Shown one piece after another: positions 39,146 through 53,113 of a DNA stretch of 64,000 nucleotides. The position numbers were made by a program, and so were the translations under genes. Under the pieces are notes generated by a model. That model saw only the letters and a program-made list of their open reading frames with translations. It was not told where the DNA came from and ran no database searches. The stretch spans positions 16,430,001 through 16,494,000 of the forward strand of contig NC_043012.1 in NCBI RefSeq assembly GCF_006345805.1. Direction: 5' to 3'. Source of the stretch: Octopus sinensis. Its lineage: Eukaryota. Position 1 is the first letter of the stretch; every line of letters starts with the position of its first letter.

Positions 39146-39794
39146 GGACCCAATGTTTCATTTGGTTAACAGCGTGGGAAGTTGTAGTGAATAATAATTG
39201 GAAAGGCTTTTAGTGAGGGCTTCTAAAGCAAAGGGAGCGACTCATAGGTACCGAGTTTCCTGTGTCACGCCTTCCTAAATTAGACACTGTCCCTTTCCCA
39301 ATTTAAATGTCACGCCGCCCCTACATGGGTCTGTACCTGTGCGTCACTGAGTACCCCCACCGCCACCACCACCACCACCACCACCACTACCCCCGCCGCC
39401 ACCGCCACCACCACCACTACCCCCGCCGCCACCGCCACCGCCTCCACCACCACCGCCTCCACCTTCTCCCTCTGTATGGTAATGCTTCGTAATAAACGTG
39501 TGTGTGTGTGAGTGTACTTGCATGCATTCATCCATGTGTCAGATTATTATTGGATAGCGCCGCTGTGATATTCAGTTTTTTTTTTTTAGATTTTGTAGTT
39601 TTGTTTTCTTTCTTTTGGTTGTTGTTGTTGTTGTTTTGGTGGTGGTGGTGGTGGTGACGGTGGTGGTGAAGTTGGCCCTGTGCGCTGATGTGTTAAATAA
39701 GTTATAAGCTGGTCTTTCTTAATGATGTATCGACAGTTAACTATAAATATATATTTTTCTCCCACGCACAACAACGAAATCACTTACATTACAT

Positions 39795-40197
39795 TTCTTT
39801 TATTCTTTTATTCTTTTACTTGTTTCAGTCATTTGATTGCGGCCATGCTGGAGCATCGCCTTTAAGTCGAGCAAATCGACCCCCAGAGCTTATTCTTTGT
39901 AAGCGTAGTACTTATTCTACTTTTGCCGAACCGCTATGTTACGGAGACATAAACACACCACCATCGGTTGTCAAGCGATGTTGGAGTGGGCGGACAAAAA
40001 CAGACACACAAACATACACACATATATATATATATATACGACGGGCTTCTTTCAGTTTCCATCTACCAAATCCACTAACAAGGCTTTGGTCGGCCCGAGG
40101 CTATAGTAGAAGAAACTTGCCCAAGGTGCCACGCTGTGAGACTGAACCCGGAACCATGTGGTTGGTAAGCAACCTACTTACCACACAGCCACTCCTA
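39795..40197 (-). mobile_element. Full-length CORE-type composite SINE
   Basis: Near-complete reverse complement of 22663-23080. Confidence 0.85.
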
Positions 40198-40206
40198 TAT
40201 ATATAT

Positions 40207-40358
<152 letters not shown>

Positions 40359-41094
40359 CACACATATATCATTCAACTGCGGTAGTATTTGTATAATATT
40401 CTTAAGGCCGCAATTTACTCATACGCAGCATCTTTCAGATCTTGTCGCTAATTCAGTTATTAACTACATTGAAAACCGTTAACATTTTTGGAGAGGACTG
40501 GTCCCTTGCTACATTTTGGCATTAAAAAATAGACATTTGGTCCAATAGAAAAAAGTTTACATCAAAATTTGTAGCGATGTTATAGGAGAGTAAGTAATGC
40601 CAACAATCAAGTTTAGATCTAAATAACTTTTTTATTACTTTAAAAGCAAAATATATTTATCTTAACTTCAACGACAGAAGAAAGCATGTAGAATTTCTAA
40701 GTTTTGTTCCCATGCAACAAAATTTTGAATAAAAAAAATTGCGAGGTAAAATATCATGAAAACATATAAGGCAAGAAATTGGATTGAAGTATATTTAACT
40801 TTTTTGTTTTAAAAACAAACTGTATTTTAATTAAGCTTAAATGATAGAACTCAATTCGAGGAACTTCATGGTATCGATCTCACGCAATAAAGTTTTAAAA
40901 GAAAAAGTTATGAGTGTTTGTTTCTCAAATTTCAGGGTGATAATATAGTTCTATACTTTTTATGAGTATAGTTCTAGGGGACTTTTGATATGTCACCGGC
41001 ATTATTGAGGTAAGGAAAAAATTATCAACGACACCGCTAATTGACACATTTGGCACATTATCAATTAGGATAGCCTGGAAAAAACATGGATTAC

Positions 41095-41489
41095 ATGGGA
41101 AAATGCGAGCAAGAGAAATAATATTCTTAAGATTATAAACCTGGAAAAGTACAGGACAAGTTATTACATCTGATAAAATACAGAACAAGAATATTCTTAC
41201 TTAAAATATTGCAGGTAAGGATAAAATATTTTGAGTTATTTGTTTTATTTTTAATAGAAGTTACAAGTAATAACAAATAGAAGTAATAACTTGTGATAAG
41301 ATTTTTAGTTTTAATAAAAGCTAATATTGTCTAAATCTAAATATTTTATTTGAAATTTTATCTGTAGCTGCAATATTTTAAGTAGAAATTTTCAATGTTC
41401 TGTACTTTATCAGACGTAATAACATGTCTTGTACTTTTCCAGGTTTATAATCTTAAGAATATTATTTCTCTTGCTCGCATATTCCATAT
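41095..41489. mobile_element. Foldback MITE (~400 bp, ~140-bp inverted arms)
   Basis: ATGGGAAAATGCGAGCAAGAGAAATAATATTCTTAAGATTATAAACCTGGAAAAGTACA is mirrored by TGTACTTTTCCAGGTTTATAATCTTAAGAATATTATTTCTCTTGCTCGCATATTCCAT; TA dinucleotides lie at or near both ends. Confidence 0.8.
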
Positions 41490-42204
41490 AATACACACAT
41501 AATCACACACACACACATACTCTCACACACACACACACTTACACAAACACACGCATACACACACATATACATAGTTGTATGCAAATATAGATAGATAGAT
41601 ATACACGCATTTTAAATATATATGCATGTATTTCTATACATATACGTGCATGTATATGGGTGTGTGTGTATGTATGTATGTATGTATGTATGTGTGAATG
41701 TATGTATGTATGCATGTATGTATGTATGCGTTCATATTCATAGCTAGAGAGAAATCTGCACGCATGCATGTGTAGGTATATACGATACATTATATGCACA
41801 CGCAGATACACGCGCGCACACACACACATACATGCATACATCCATACATACATACATACGAATGCATGCGTGTGTGTGTATCTGTGCGTGGGTGGGGCAT
41901 AACAATGAGGTGTTTGTGATAATTTGCTGAGCACTATAAATTATAAATTTGTAGCCGGATATTCCATAACATGTTATAACGACTACTTTCTAAATATGTT
42001 TCTTCAGGCCATGGTAAAGAAAAAGGCCATTCACCTCTATACATATTGATACTGAAGATGAGAATCAGCACATGCATGCATGCATGCAGATCAGTAGATG
42101 TTATCTCGTATCACCTGAAGAACCATTCTGTGGCGAAACTGCTGATTGTAATATAACCCGAATCATCCAGTTACTGAGAAATATTAAACGCGTATATATA
42201 CATG

Positions 42205-42655
42205 TATATATACTGAAAGAAGCCCGTCATGTATATGTATATATATATAAACATGTGTGTGTGTGTGTGTGTATGTATCTAGCATTGCTTGACAACCGAT
42301 GCTGGTGTGTTTACGTCCCAGTAACTTAGCCGTTCCGCAAAAGAGACCGATAGAATAAGTACTGGGTTTACAAAGAATAAGTCCCGGGGTCGATTTGCTC
42401 GACTAAAGGCAGTGCTTCAGCATGGCCGCAGTCAAATGGCTAAAACAAGTAAAAAGAGTAAAAGAGTATATATAAAATCAAGGATAAAGTCTTTATAAGA
42501 TTTTATCAAGCAAGCTTCTTACCACGCATCCACGTACACACACACATTCACAAAACTATAGTAGAAGACACTTGGCCAAGGTGCCACGCAGTGGGACTGA
42601 ACCCGGAACCATGTAGTTGGGAAGCGATCTTCTAACCACACAGCCACACCTCCGC
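42205..42655. mobile_element. CORE-type SINE pieces (plus-strand tail 42205-42468; minus-strand head 42555-42655)
   Basis: Direct similarity to 22663-23080. Confidence 0.75.
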
Positions 42656-43295
42656 CTCTCTGTCTGTATGTGTGTGTGAGAGAGAGAGAGAGAGAGAGTG
42701 TGTGTGTGTGTGTGTGTATGTGTGTGTGTGTGTGTGTGTTATCTGATTACATTTTACTGTCGTCTTTAGACATGCAAACACACACAAATATTCGTTCAGT
42801 CTATACCTTATACGGTGTTTGTGCATAACTCTCCGGCAATTAAATTCCATACACCAGATATTGGACACCTGGGCCCATATCTAAAATACTAGCGAACCTG
42901 GAACTTCAAGGTTACCATACAACACCACCTATACTCACAAACAAACTCACTCCATGACAACATTTCCATGATCAAGGAACATAAATATTTCCTGCTTTAT
43001 TCTGCAAATATACATACTTACTTATCTCCCCTGGACATAATTTTTGCAGTTACAAAAAATCAATTTTATGAGAAAATTAACAAATTACCGTTATGGAAAA
43101 AAATCCATATACCTTGATAAATATATTGAACCAGTAATCAATATAATACTAGAATATACAAGGAATTCAGTCCATATTTTTTCTCCTTTTTCATACAGGT
43201 TGCATTTTAATATATTTTAATTCCAGCGTAGTTGTCTCCCCTTCGATGGTTTATATTTTTATTTGTTTCAGTTGCGACCATGCTGGGGTACCACT

Positions 43296-43296
<1 letters not shown>

Positions 43297-43339
<43 letters not shown>

Positions 43340-43682
43340 TGTGTACAGTGCTCAGGTGCACTACAACTCATCTAAAGTGTATATATAATCAGGTGTAGTT
43401 TCGGCGGATTTCGGAAAGCATGAGGGCCTTAAAGGATGCAGTGTCATGGCAGTCAACAACTGATGCAGGCAGTTTATTCCATGCTTCAGCAACTCTGAGC
43501 GTGAAAAATGTTTCCGAAAGTCATGGTAGCTGTGCTGTTTTCTGACTTTGTAGGCATGTCCACGTGTGTTAGACACATGGAGATCAGAAAGGTGTTCAGT
43601 GTTATTGTTGGTGAGGTGGTTGATAACTTTGTGGGTGTTCACCAAGTCCGTCGCCAGACGCCGGAGCTTCAGTGAATCCATT
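43297..43682 (-). mobile_element. CR1-type LINE 3' fragment with (ATT)n tail
   Basis: SLKLRRLATDL..TRGHAYKVRKQH..RKHF followed by frameshifted RVAEAWNKLP, the typical CR1 C-terminus. Confidence 0.8.
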
Positions 43683-43684
43683 GA

Positions 43685-43839
43685 AAGGTTGTAGTCAAAC
43701 GGATCGGACCTAGTACTTGTTTGTAAACCTGGTACGTATTCTATCGGTTTTACTTGACTAACCGTTAAGTCACGGGGACAAACCAGCACCGATCAGCAAG
43801 CGCTGGGTCACACATACAATACAAATACACAAACATGCA

Positions 43840-43872
<33 letters not shown>

Positions 43873-44077
43873 TCTTTTATTTTTTTATTACTTTCAGTCA
43901 TATGACTGCGGCCATGCTGGAACACCATCTTTAATCGAACAAATCGACCCAAGGACTTACTCTTTGTAAACCTAGTATTTATTCTATCAGTCTTTTTGCC
44001 AAACCGCTAAGTTACGAGGACGTAAACACACCAACAGTGGTTGTCAAACGATGGTGGTAGGGCAAACAGACATGCAG

Positions 44078-44113
<36 letters not shown>

Positions 44114-44304
44114 GTGTGTGTGTGTATTCGACGGGCTTCTTTCAGTTTCCGCCTACCAAATCCACTCAGCAGCCTTTTGTTGACCCAAGGTTACAGTAGA
44201 AGACATGCCCAACGGGTAACGCAGTAGGATTGAACCCAGGACCATGTGGTTGGGAAGCAGGCTTCTTACCACACAGCCTATAAAAATGCCCGACGACCCT
44301 GATG

Positions 44305-44372
<68 letters not shown>

Positions 44373-45193
44373 TAAACACACGTACACGCTATCACGTACG
44401 CACGCACACACGTACGATGGGCTTCTTTCAGTTTCCCTCTACGTATTCCCCTCACAAGGCTTCGGGTTGTCTCTAAGCTATAACAGACGTCGCAGTGGGG
44501 TGAAACTTGAACCTTGTGGTTGGGGAGCAAACTTCTTACCTCTCAGCTTACTCTATAAGTAAATTAATTATCACTTGATCATTAACCCATTGATAATAAT
44601 TAGGAACAGTTGCAGAATAACAGAATACTTGTACACGTTCAAAATATAAAATTCTACGGAAAACTGTAAAATGCAAACGCGTTTAGCTAGACAAGAGTTA
44701 TCTCCCTTAAAACAAGATCGTTGATCGAAGCAAAAGTTGTGTTGGTGGAATCGATAAAGCATCGAAATAAATATTTCTCACGTAATTTGTTCCGGATTCT
44801 TAACTTGCGAGTTCAAATCTCGCTTGACTCAACTTTACTATCGATCCTTTCGAGATCGATAAAATAAAATACCAATTAAGTATTGGAGTTGACGTAATTG
44901 AACAAATTCTTCCCTCAAAATTACAGGCTTTGCAACAATCTAAGAAACTTTTATTACTTGTTTCAGTCGTTTGACTGCGGCCATGCTGGAGCACTGCCTT
45001 TAGTCGAACAAAGGGACTTATTCTTTGTAAGCTTAGTACTCATTCTGTCGGTCTCTTTGCCGAACCGCTAAAGTACTAGGACGTAAACACAGCATATCGG
45101 TTATCAAACGATGGTGGGTGGGGGGGACACACACAGAGTCACACAAATACATACATACATACGTACATGCATACGTATGCGTATACAAACACA

Positions 45194-45238
<45 letters not shown>

Positions 45239-45345
45239 GTATGTATGTATGTATGTAAATATGTGTATGTATATATATATATTCTTTTCTTTTTATTCTT
45301 TTACTTGTTTCAGTCATTTGACTGCGGCCATGCTGGAGCACCGCC
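43685..45345 (-). mobile_element. Cluster of CORE-type SINE copies and fragments
   Basis: Copies at ~43685-43800, 43872-44280, 44412-44548, 44950-45125 and 45283-45345 match the 22663 element. Confidence 0.75.
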
Positions 45346-45557
45346 TTTATATATATATATATATATTAACAATTGAGGATAAAATCTTTAAAAGAAATTA
45401 TCAGTAGTCAGCGTGAAAAACCTCGTAAGAGAAAAAATCCGTAAATTCTTCCTCTTTGAAAATATTCATTTATATTATATTGAGGGTACTACTATTCGTA
45501 GATACCAACACGCGGTCCCTCTTAGCGTGTTGGTATCTACGAATAGTAGTACCCTCA

Positions 45558-45603
<46 letters not shown>

Positions 45604-45605
<2 letters not shown>

Positions 45606-45900
45606 GAGGGGCAATGGCCCAGTAGTTAGGGCAGCGGACTCGCGGTCGTAGGATCGCGGTTTCGATTCCCAGACCGGGCGTTGTGAGTGTTTATTGAGCG
45701 AAAACACCTAAAAGCTCCACGAGACTCCGGCAGGGGTGGTGATCCCTGCTGTACTCTTTCACCACTCTTTCTCCCACTCTTTCTTCTGTTGGCCTGCTCG
45801 CTTAGCCAGCGGGCTAGCGTCGTTCGAAGGCTAAAACAATGCGAACGCATTGTGACCAGCGATGTGTAACTACATCTGATGGACTGGTCGGTCACGTGAT
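45604..45900 (+). mobile_element. tRNA-derived SINE (Arg-like head), tail type B
   Basis: Same head as 18645 (GCAATGGCCCAGT..GCGGACTCGCGGTCGTAGGATCGCGGTTTCGATTCC) but a different 3' half ending CTGGTCGGTCACGTGATA. Confidence 0.8.
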
Positions 45901-46197
45901 ATATATACACACACACACACACGGCGGGTTTCTTTCAGTTTCCATCTACCAAATCCACTCACAAGGCTTTGGTGGGTCCGAGGCCACAGCAGAAGACACT
46001 TGTTCATGGTGCCAGACAGTGGGACTGAACGCGGAACCATGTGGTTGGGAAGCAAGCTTTTTGCAACATTTATTTATTTATTTATCTATTTATTTATTTG
46101 TTTGTTTGTTCTTTTTTTTTTGTTTGTTTGTTTCATTAATTCCGTGTGTGTGTGTGTGTGCATACCCGTCTATCTATCAACATATACAAGATATAAA

Positions 46198-46571
46198 GGC
46201 GGCGAGCTGGCAGAAACGTTAGCACGCCGGGCGAAATGCTTAGCAGTATTTCGTCTGCCGTTACGTTCTGAGTTCAAATTCCGCCGAGCTCGACTTTGCC
46301 TTTCATCCGTTTGGGGTCGATTAAATAAGTACCAGTTACGCACTGGGGTCGATATAATCGACTTAATCCCTTTGTCTGTCCTTGTTTGTCCCCTCAATGT
46401 TTAGCCCCTTGTGGGTAATAAAGAAATAGGTATTTCGTCTGCCGCTACGTTCTGAGTTCAAATTCCGCCGAGCTCGACTTTGCCCTTCATCCTTTCGGGG
46501 TCGATTAAATAAGTACCAGTTACGCACTGGGGTCGATATAATCGACTAAATCCGTTTGTCTGTCCTTGTTT
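46198..46571 (+). mobile_element. Tx1-tailed SINE: head plus two 184-bp-period body units
   Basis: Head GGCGGCGAGCTGGCAGAAACGTTAGC, B box GAGTTCAAATTCC, tail GCCCCTTGTGGGTAATAAAGAAATAG joined directly to GTATTTCGTCTGCCG (46246 and 46430). Confidence 0.9.
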
Positions 46572-46687
46572 CAGGTGGGTGAAATAAGTACCAGTGGGGT
46601 ACTGGGACCTACGGAATGCATTTACCCACTTCCGCTGTAATTACTGACCGTCTGTCAGAATTTGAAATCAATATTTACAGACATAGA

Positions 46688-46900
46688 GGCAGGGAGCTAG
46701 CATGATGGTTAGCATGCTGGGCAAAATGCCTGACAGCATTTTCTTTCTTCTTTACCTTCTAAGCTCAAACGCTGCCGGGATCGACTTTGTCTTTCATCCT
46801 TTCAGGGTCAATAAAATTAGAACCAGTTGAACACTGGAGTCGATGTCATGGAGTTTCTCCCGTCACCGAAATTGCTGGCCTTGTGCCAAAATTTGAAACT
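46688..46900 (+). mobile_element. Older SINE of the same family with the alternative tail
   Basis: GGCAGGGAGCTAGC..TCGACTTTGTCTTTCATCCTTTCAGGGTC..GGCCTTGTGCC. Confidence 0.7.
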
Positions 46901-46999
46901 AATATATATATATATATGTAGACAGGTTTATGTGTTTACCTGTGTGGATTATTTGTGTATTTAAATCTTCACTTGTCTTCATCGCCCATTGAATTCTGG

Positions 47000-48750
47000 G
47001 AAGTATTATGGGGGAATATTCCTTAAGCCCGTCTTCCATCGAGTCCCGTCACAATCAATCGTCTCCAAATGATTCAGCTGGAATCCGAAGACAGGCCAAC
47101 CGAGTTCATAGATGTTATCCAAACAATTTGCTCATGGTCTCCCTCTGGATTTCCTGTCAGTTGGTTTTGCTCGTAAAACCTGTTCATCGATTCTTTCCTG
47201 AAACATTTTAAACACATTTCCGTAGTATCGGAGCTGTGATCTCCCAATTCGAAGAAGAGGCTTCTAGTAGTTTGTCCTCTGTAGCTCAAATAGCTGAATG
47301 ATATAATTTTGCAAGAAGTGTTATAGAGTAATCTCTCTTTAGTAAGTTTCTCGGAGATTATATTTCATGAGAAGTAATTCTTAATTATTCAAGAAGCTTC
47401 GCGTTTCTCTTGGAAGTTTCTAGAATGTCTAGCGTTCCATTAATAAAAACAGTTTGCTTGCCCTGCTCTTTGCTTTTTTGTCGATTAGACTCAGAGCCAT
47501 TCACGTCGTTACTATGCCTGTCTATTTCTCTATGCCACATTACTAAAAACCACTATTTAGCTGTTATTTCTAAATTTCTGAACTTTCTTGCATAGATTAT
47601 TTCATTCAATTAGTTTCTACATTTTGATTATGTTTCATCGACAACCAGTGACTAAAATATATTTTATGTAATAAATATATTGTTCCTAAATTCATTCTTC
47701 TTCTCTGTAAGAATTCTTCTAAGATACATGCAGCATTTCTAAACATATATTCACCCTACAGGCCCTACCAGGGACACCTCTCTGATCTGCAGGCTACGCA
47801 TTCAATAGAGTAACCTATCTCCAAAGACTATTCGGAAGAGCCCCCATTTCGGCCGTTTGTATTCACGATCGTATTCATTCGATTATTACCCTAGAGGACC
47901 AGAACTGCCCCCGTTTATTCTACTTCCCTCATATACTTGAAGCTACGACAATGGAGTTCTTTCATTGCCGTCAATGTGTATTATACTGAGCACCACAACA
48001 GTTCACCGTCTGTGGCTATAAGAGTTATTCACTGATTTGTAATCAAGAAAGATCATGACAATAATTGATTCCGCAGCACTTCGACAAAGGACGTGGTCAC
48101 ATGTTGGTGTGTAGAGAACTGCGGCTGCTGATGTCCACGTGTTTTTTGCAGCTGATATGCTGAACACCTCAAGAGAAAGAAAAAACTCTGACTGTTTGAT
48201 CCACCATATAAGATAATCTTGCGAGGTTATGTTCATTTATGTTGCATCCTCTGGTGTCTCACACAAAATATGCCCTCTGGCAAGAGAAAGTCAAACCGTT
48301 CTATTTGTATGAGAGTGCAAAAGATCGTCAAAGTTGTTGAATATCCCTCCAGAGCACCTTTAAGTGGTTGCGTGTAGATGTTTGTCAGATGTCTGTCGTG
48401 CACCATCTACTCAAACTCAGATGGAGGGTACGTTTTCCTTTTTACTTTCTATAAGCACCACTTGGTGCTCCGTGGTTGGTGGCTGTAGATAGGGAGTTTA
48501 CTTGATTCTTCTACGTCTCATATGAAGGTGTAGCGAATGTTATGTTTATTATTTGGCTGTCTAGGGTTAGGTAGCTGCAAATTGGCGTATTTTGCCTGTT
48601 TTCTGCAAGTAGTCACATGACCATACCCGTTCGTGCCAATTGGATGCTTTAAGTCATTGAAACAGACCGATGGCCAGAGCAGCAAATGTGTGGTCTGTTT
48701 TGAGCTAACAGATGGCTATAAATAAAGAATTTCTTTTGAGATAGCCAGAG
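47000..48750 (-). mobile_element. Possible heavily decayed BEL/Pao LTR-retrotransposon pol remnant
   Basis: Weak fragments only: GYGHVT (DAS..YG-like RNase H segment), TLLAKLYH and CLKCFR..QLTGNP (integrase zinc-binding-like); many stops. Confidence 0.3.
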
Positions 48751-49119
48751 AGCAGAGAATTGTCACCAGAGATATTTGACGCCATGCTTTGTATTTACCC
48801 CTCACACATCCCCATGTACAAGCTGCACTGGGAACCAATGTATTTTTCTTAACAGAATCATTCGTACCTTTGGAACAGAAGCACTACTATATTCTTTTGT
48901 GTTAGTTTCATCATGTAGTGTCTCACATTTTGAAATACTTGCAATTTGTATTTTTACTGCTAATGTCTGTTTCGCTTGATATATTTCCGAAATTAAACGT
49001 TTTAATATACAAAATATACTTCACATTATTATATACGTTAATGCAAAAAAATATTGTTTATTGACAATCTTCAAAATGATCACTGCAGTAATGGAAAGAC
49101 CAATGCGAACTTGCTAAGG

Positions 49120-49541
49120 CAGTTATGAAAGGCTATCAAGACCAAACACCTAGCAAAACTGATGAATGGGGTTTTGTTTCATTAGGACAATGCTTCAGCA
49201 CACATGTCCTTCGTTTTAATGGCTGCTGTGCGTGACCGGCTTTGAACTGGTTGCTCATTCTCCCTATGTTAGTGATTTGGTTCCATCTGGTTATCATCTG
49301 TTTCCCAACATAGGAAAACACTCAGCTGGCCACCAGCATCACTGTGATGGTGACATCTTGTCTCCTGTTGATGACCATTTTGACCAACAGAATAGCTTCT
49401 TCACCAGTGTGATCCGTCGCTGCAACTACTTATGGAAGTGTGTGGACAGTAAGAAGAACTACTTCAAAAAATTAACCTCATTTGGTCCCATTCCATGAGA
49501 GTGTCTTGCTCAGCCTATGAACATTTCAGCCGACCCCCATA
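49120..49541 (+). mobile_element. Mariner transposase 3' remnant
   Basis: LFH*DNASAH and ELVAHSPYVSDLVPSGYHLFP correspond to the mariner HDNA and PYSPDLAPSDYHLF motifs. Confidence 0.75.
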
Positions 49542-49743
49542 ATAATAAAGATTATTATTATACCTACATTTGTTTAAATGGTAACATTGAAAAAAATCCA
49601 CATTTTTCATAAAAATGTTGGACCTGGGTTTGCACTCCCTAAGCAAATTTTGTTGCTGGGCCACTGTACACACACACACACACACACCACACGTACATGT
49701 GTGTAAATATATATATATATACGTACACATATATAAACATGTA

Positions 49744-49825
<82 letters not shown>

Positions 49826-49991
49826 CAAAATGAGAAAATGGAGAAACATACCTAAATCAATTATCAACCATCAGATAATACCCACTCAATACTTTATTAA
49901 ACCATTACACAACAGCAATGACATTATACATAATATATTACAAATATAACTAGACATAGAAATAGAAATAGAAAATATAATTACATATATA

Positions 49992-50535
49992 TCTCTTATT
50001 ATAAAAGGCAGATTTTATCTGCCTCCCTTGTAACTTATAGAAATCTACAATATAGGATTTCTTCAATTACAATTTACCTAGCATTTTTACGAGTAGAATG
50101 CATCGGGTCATGCCAGGTCCAGTTTTTAAAATTTAAACTCCAATTAAGCAAAATTTACAGAAAACTCACATTCTGGTGTGTATGTCAAATGCTTTTCTTA
50201 ATGTGGTTTACACCACACGCACACGCACACACACAGTGTGCAACGAATAAAATGAAAGTAAATAGCGACAGAGTGATTTGAGGAAGACTAAACTGAAAGT
50301 ATTTAAACCACTACTCAAAAATAAAAAAACACAGCAAACAGAAACAAATAAATACATAACGATTTACTCCTCACACAATTTCTTCAATTACAGTTTACCT
50401 AAGATTTTTCAAAGTACTCCATTCGGTCATGCCATAATATATTTCTTTCAATTTCACCCCAATTAAGACAAAATTCGAGAAAACTCAATATTTTAACATT
50501 TCACTCCGAAAGCATTGATGTACATGTGTGCGTGC

Positions 50536-50570
<35 letters not shown>

Positions 50571-51642
50571 ATGGGTTGTGCGACACAGAAAGTGTGGTGT
50601 GTAAGTGAAGTGCTTTTGTTAGTGTGTGTAAAGAGACAGACAGAGTGAAAGACAGAAATAACTGAACTTTTTTATTCACTTTTTGTAGTGAGTGACTGAG
50701 AGAGAGAGGTTATGTATGTATATATGTATGTATGTATGGCTTCAGTGACACACACACACAAAAACACATACCTACGTACACCTAAAGCACGCACACACAC
50801 ACAAGCGGAGCGCGAACTTCAAAATTTTGGTAGTATTAATTTGCGAGCGTACTTCTAAGCGCGCGTAATTGAAAGTTTTCACTATGATATCATCACGTGC
50901 GAAAAAATTCGAAGGGTTTTGAACAATTGAGATACAGATGTCACGCCTGTATTGAAACCATTGCTAAGCTGCCGTAATTGCTTAATTAAGACTTTGTTTA
51001 AATTGAAAGGGGCAAATATGTGACGAGGTTGAAAAAAAATACCCCAGAAAAAAAAATGTACTGCTGGTATTTATATAATTCACTACTATTTTGCTACAAT
51101 GTCATGAAAAAGAAAAAAATTAGGTATGTAAATCGAATTCGCCACCCCCTTTTCCCCGTTCGCGTTTGTGTAAAAAAATTATTATTTAAGTTTTAAAAAT
51201 TATTTACTTTGTTCAAAAAATATTATATTAATTAATTTTCAAGAATTATTTAATTTTATTCTGTAAAATAGTAATTAATTCATTTATCTGTAAATCCGCG
51301 AGGTTGTTACTCAGGCACCTAGAATGGTAACCTTCAACTAACACTATCTCCTCCGAGACCCTGCGGCGCAAGTTGACCAAAATTGAGAGTATGGTAGAAG
51401 AAGGGTTGCTCTTTCTTCCGTAGAACATAAAATTCAAATCGGACCATGTTAACACCAAAAATTATTTACATCAAAAAGATGCTTTTTTCTATGAAAATCC
51501 CTATTTTTTACGATTTTTTCACTGCTGTGTCGCCACTTTTCGGTGTATTTCGACCAGAAAAATGTTCACAAAATTTTTACTTTTCAAAATTACAATTCCA
51601 GCGGGTCGAAACAAACCCGAGCAACGCCGGGCGATACTGCTA

Positions 51643-51643
<1 letters not shown>
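49992..51643 (+). mobile_element. Non-autonomous Helitron (~1.65 kb)
   Basis: 5' A|TCTCTTATTATAAAA; 3' hairpin CCCGAGCAACGCCGGG then CTAG|T; inserted in an AT context with no TSD; internal duplication 50040-50170 vs 50365-50490. Confidence 0.75.
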
Positions 51644-51699
<56 letters not shown>

Positions 51700-52240
51700 A
51701 TATATATAATAGAGAGGGAGAGAGAGAGAGACAGAGCGAGAGAGAGAGAAATATACACGTGCTTATGTGTGTGTACATGAGTGCATGTGTGTGTGAAAGT
51801 ACACGGACTACATACACACACACACACTCACACACACGCATACATCTATCAAAGACGCTCCTACTGAAAACACCTACAAAGCAACATCAGACGTTGACAA
51901 GTTCTTAAGGAAATCTCCTTCTGTTCAACTGTCAACATGAGAGCTCTTATGAGTGTGCATCGATGACCGTGTTCTTGTATATTGACCTTTTGTGTCTACG
52001 TGTACCATGGTATACAGGATGTATTTCTCCAGTAGAGGAATACACACCTTATCTTCATTCTAACACCTTGTTCTACTTATCTATTTGTCTGTCCGGTGTG
52101 GCGATAGACTCCTATCGATTTTAATGTGAAGTTCTCATGGATCAGCGGATTGGAAGGGGTGGTGAGGCTGGCGAGAGTAGCAAGAAGCACCTGTTCCCAT
52201 ATCACACATACCTGCGTACACACACACACAACACACACAC

Positions 52241-52300
<60 letters not shown>

Positions 52301-52675
52301 TACTTATCCTCGAATATTGCCATTTGATGTAACACTAAGTCATTAGACACACAAGTGGCTACAAACACATTTCTAGTGTTGATCGCTCTCAGCATTTACG
52401 TACAGACAGACACAACACACCTGCACACACACACACACACACACACACATACAAACACTCATACACATATACACACAAATACGTAAGTTATCAGCACTCC
52501 AACTAACACCTCTATCGTCATTATCATCATCTTCATGGTGGTCAAAAAATTTCGCCACCCGAGTGGCCTTTCCGTTTGCCGGCCCCACCCCCCACCCCAG
52601 GCACCACTAAAACACTTATTGCCTGCAGCAAATCCAAAAGTCGTGCAGTTCCAGTATTTTATATATATATAGGAT

Positions 52676-52921
52676 CGTAGGATCGCGGTTTCGATTACCA
52701 GACCGGGTGTTGTGAGTGTTTATTGAGCGAAAACACCTAAAGCTCCACGAGGCTCCGCAGTGGGGGGGGGGCGATCTTTTGCCACAACTTTCTCTCACTC
52801 TTTCTTCTGTTGGCCTGCTCGCTTAGCCAGCAGGGTGCGTCACTTGAAGGCTAAAACAATGCAAAACGCATTGTGACCAACGATGTGTAGCAACATCTGA
52901 TAGCCTGGTCGGTCACGGTGA
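52676..52921 (+). mobile_element. tRNA-derived SINE (Arg-like), 5'-truncated, tail type B
   Basis: Matches 45645-45900. Confidence 0.8.
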
Positions 52922-52944
52922 TATATATATATATATATATATAT

Positions 52945-53113
52945 ATTTCTTTACTGCCCACAAGGGGCTAAACATAGAGGGGACAAACGGATTAAGTCGA
53001 TTACATCGATCTCAGTACGAAACTGATACTTTATTTGTCGACCCCGAAAGGATGAAAGGCAAAGTCGACCTCGGCGGAATTTGAACTCAGAACGTAACGA
53101 CAGACGAAATACG
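52945..53113 (-). mobile_element. 3' body of the SINE split by the Tx1 LINE
   Basis: Reverse complement of the 46246-46428 and 59950-60132 body, starting at CGTATTTCGTCTG. Confidence 0.9.

Noticed and set aside
39250-39470. GC-rich patch with His/Gly-rich ORFs
   Set aside because: It is a (CCA/CCG)n trinucleotide repeat with short ORFs and no supporting exon structure.
42111-42150. CTGAAGA..GAAAC hammerhead-like motif
   Set aside because: No NUH triplet and no convincing stems I and III.
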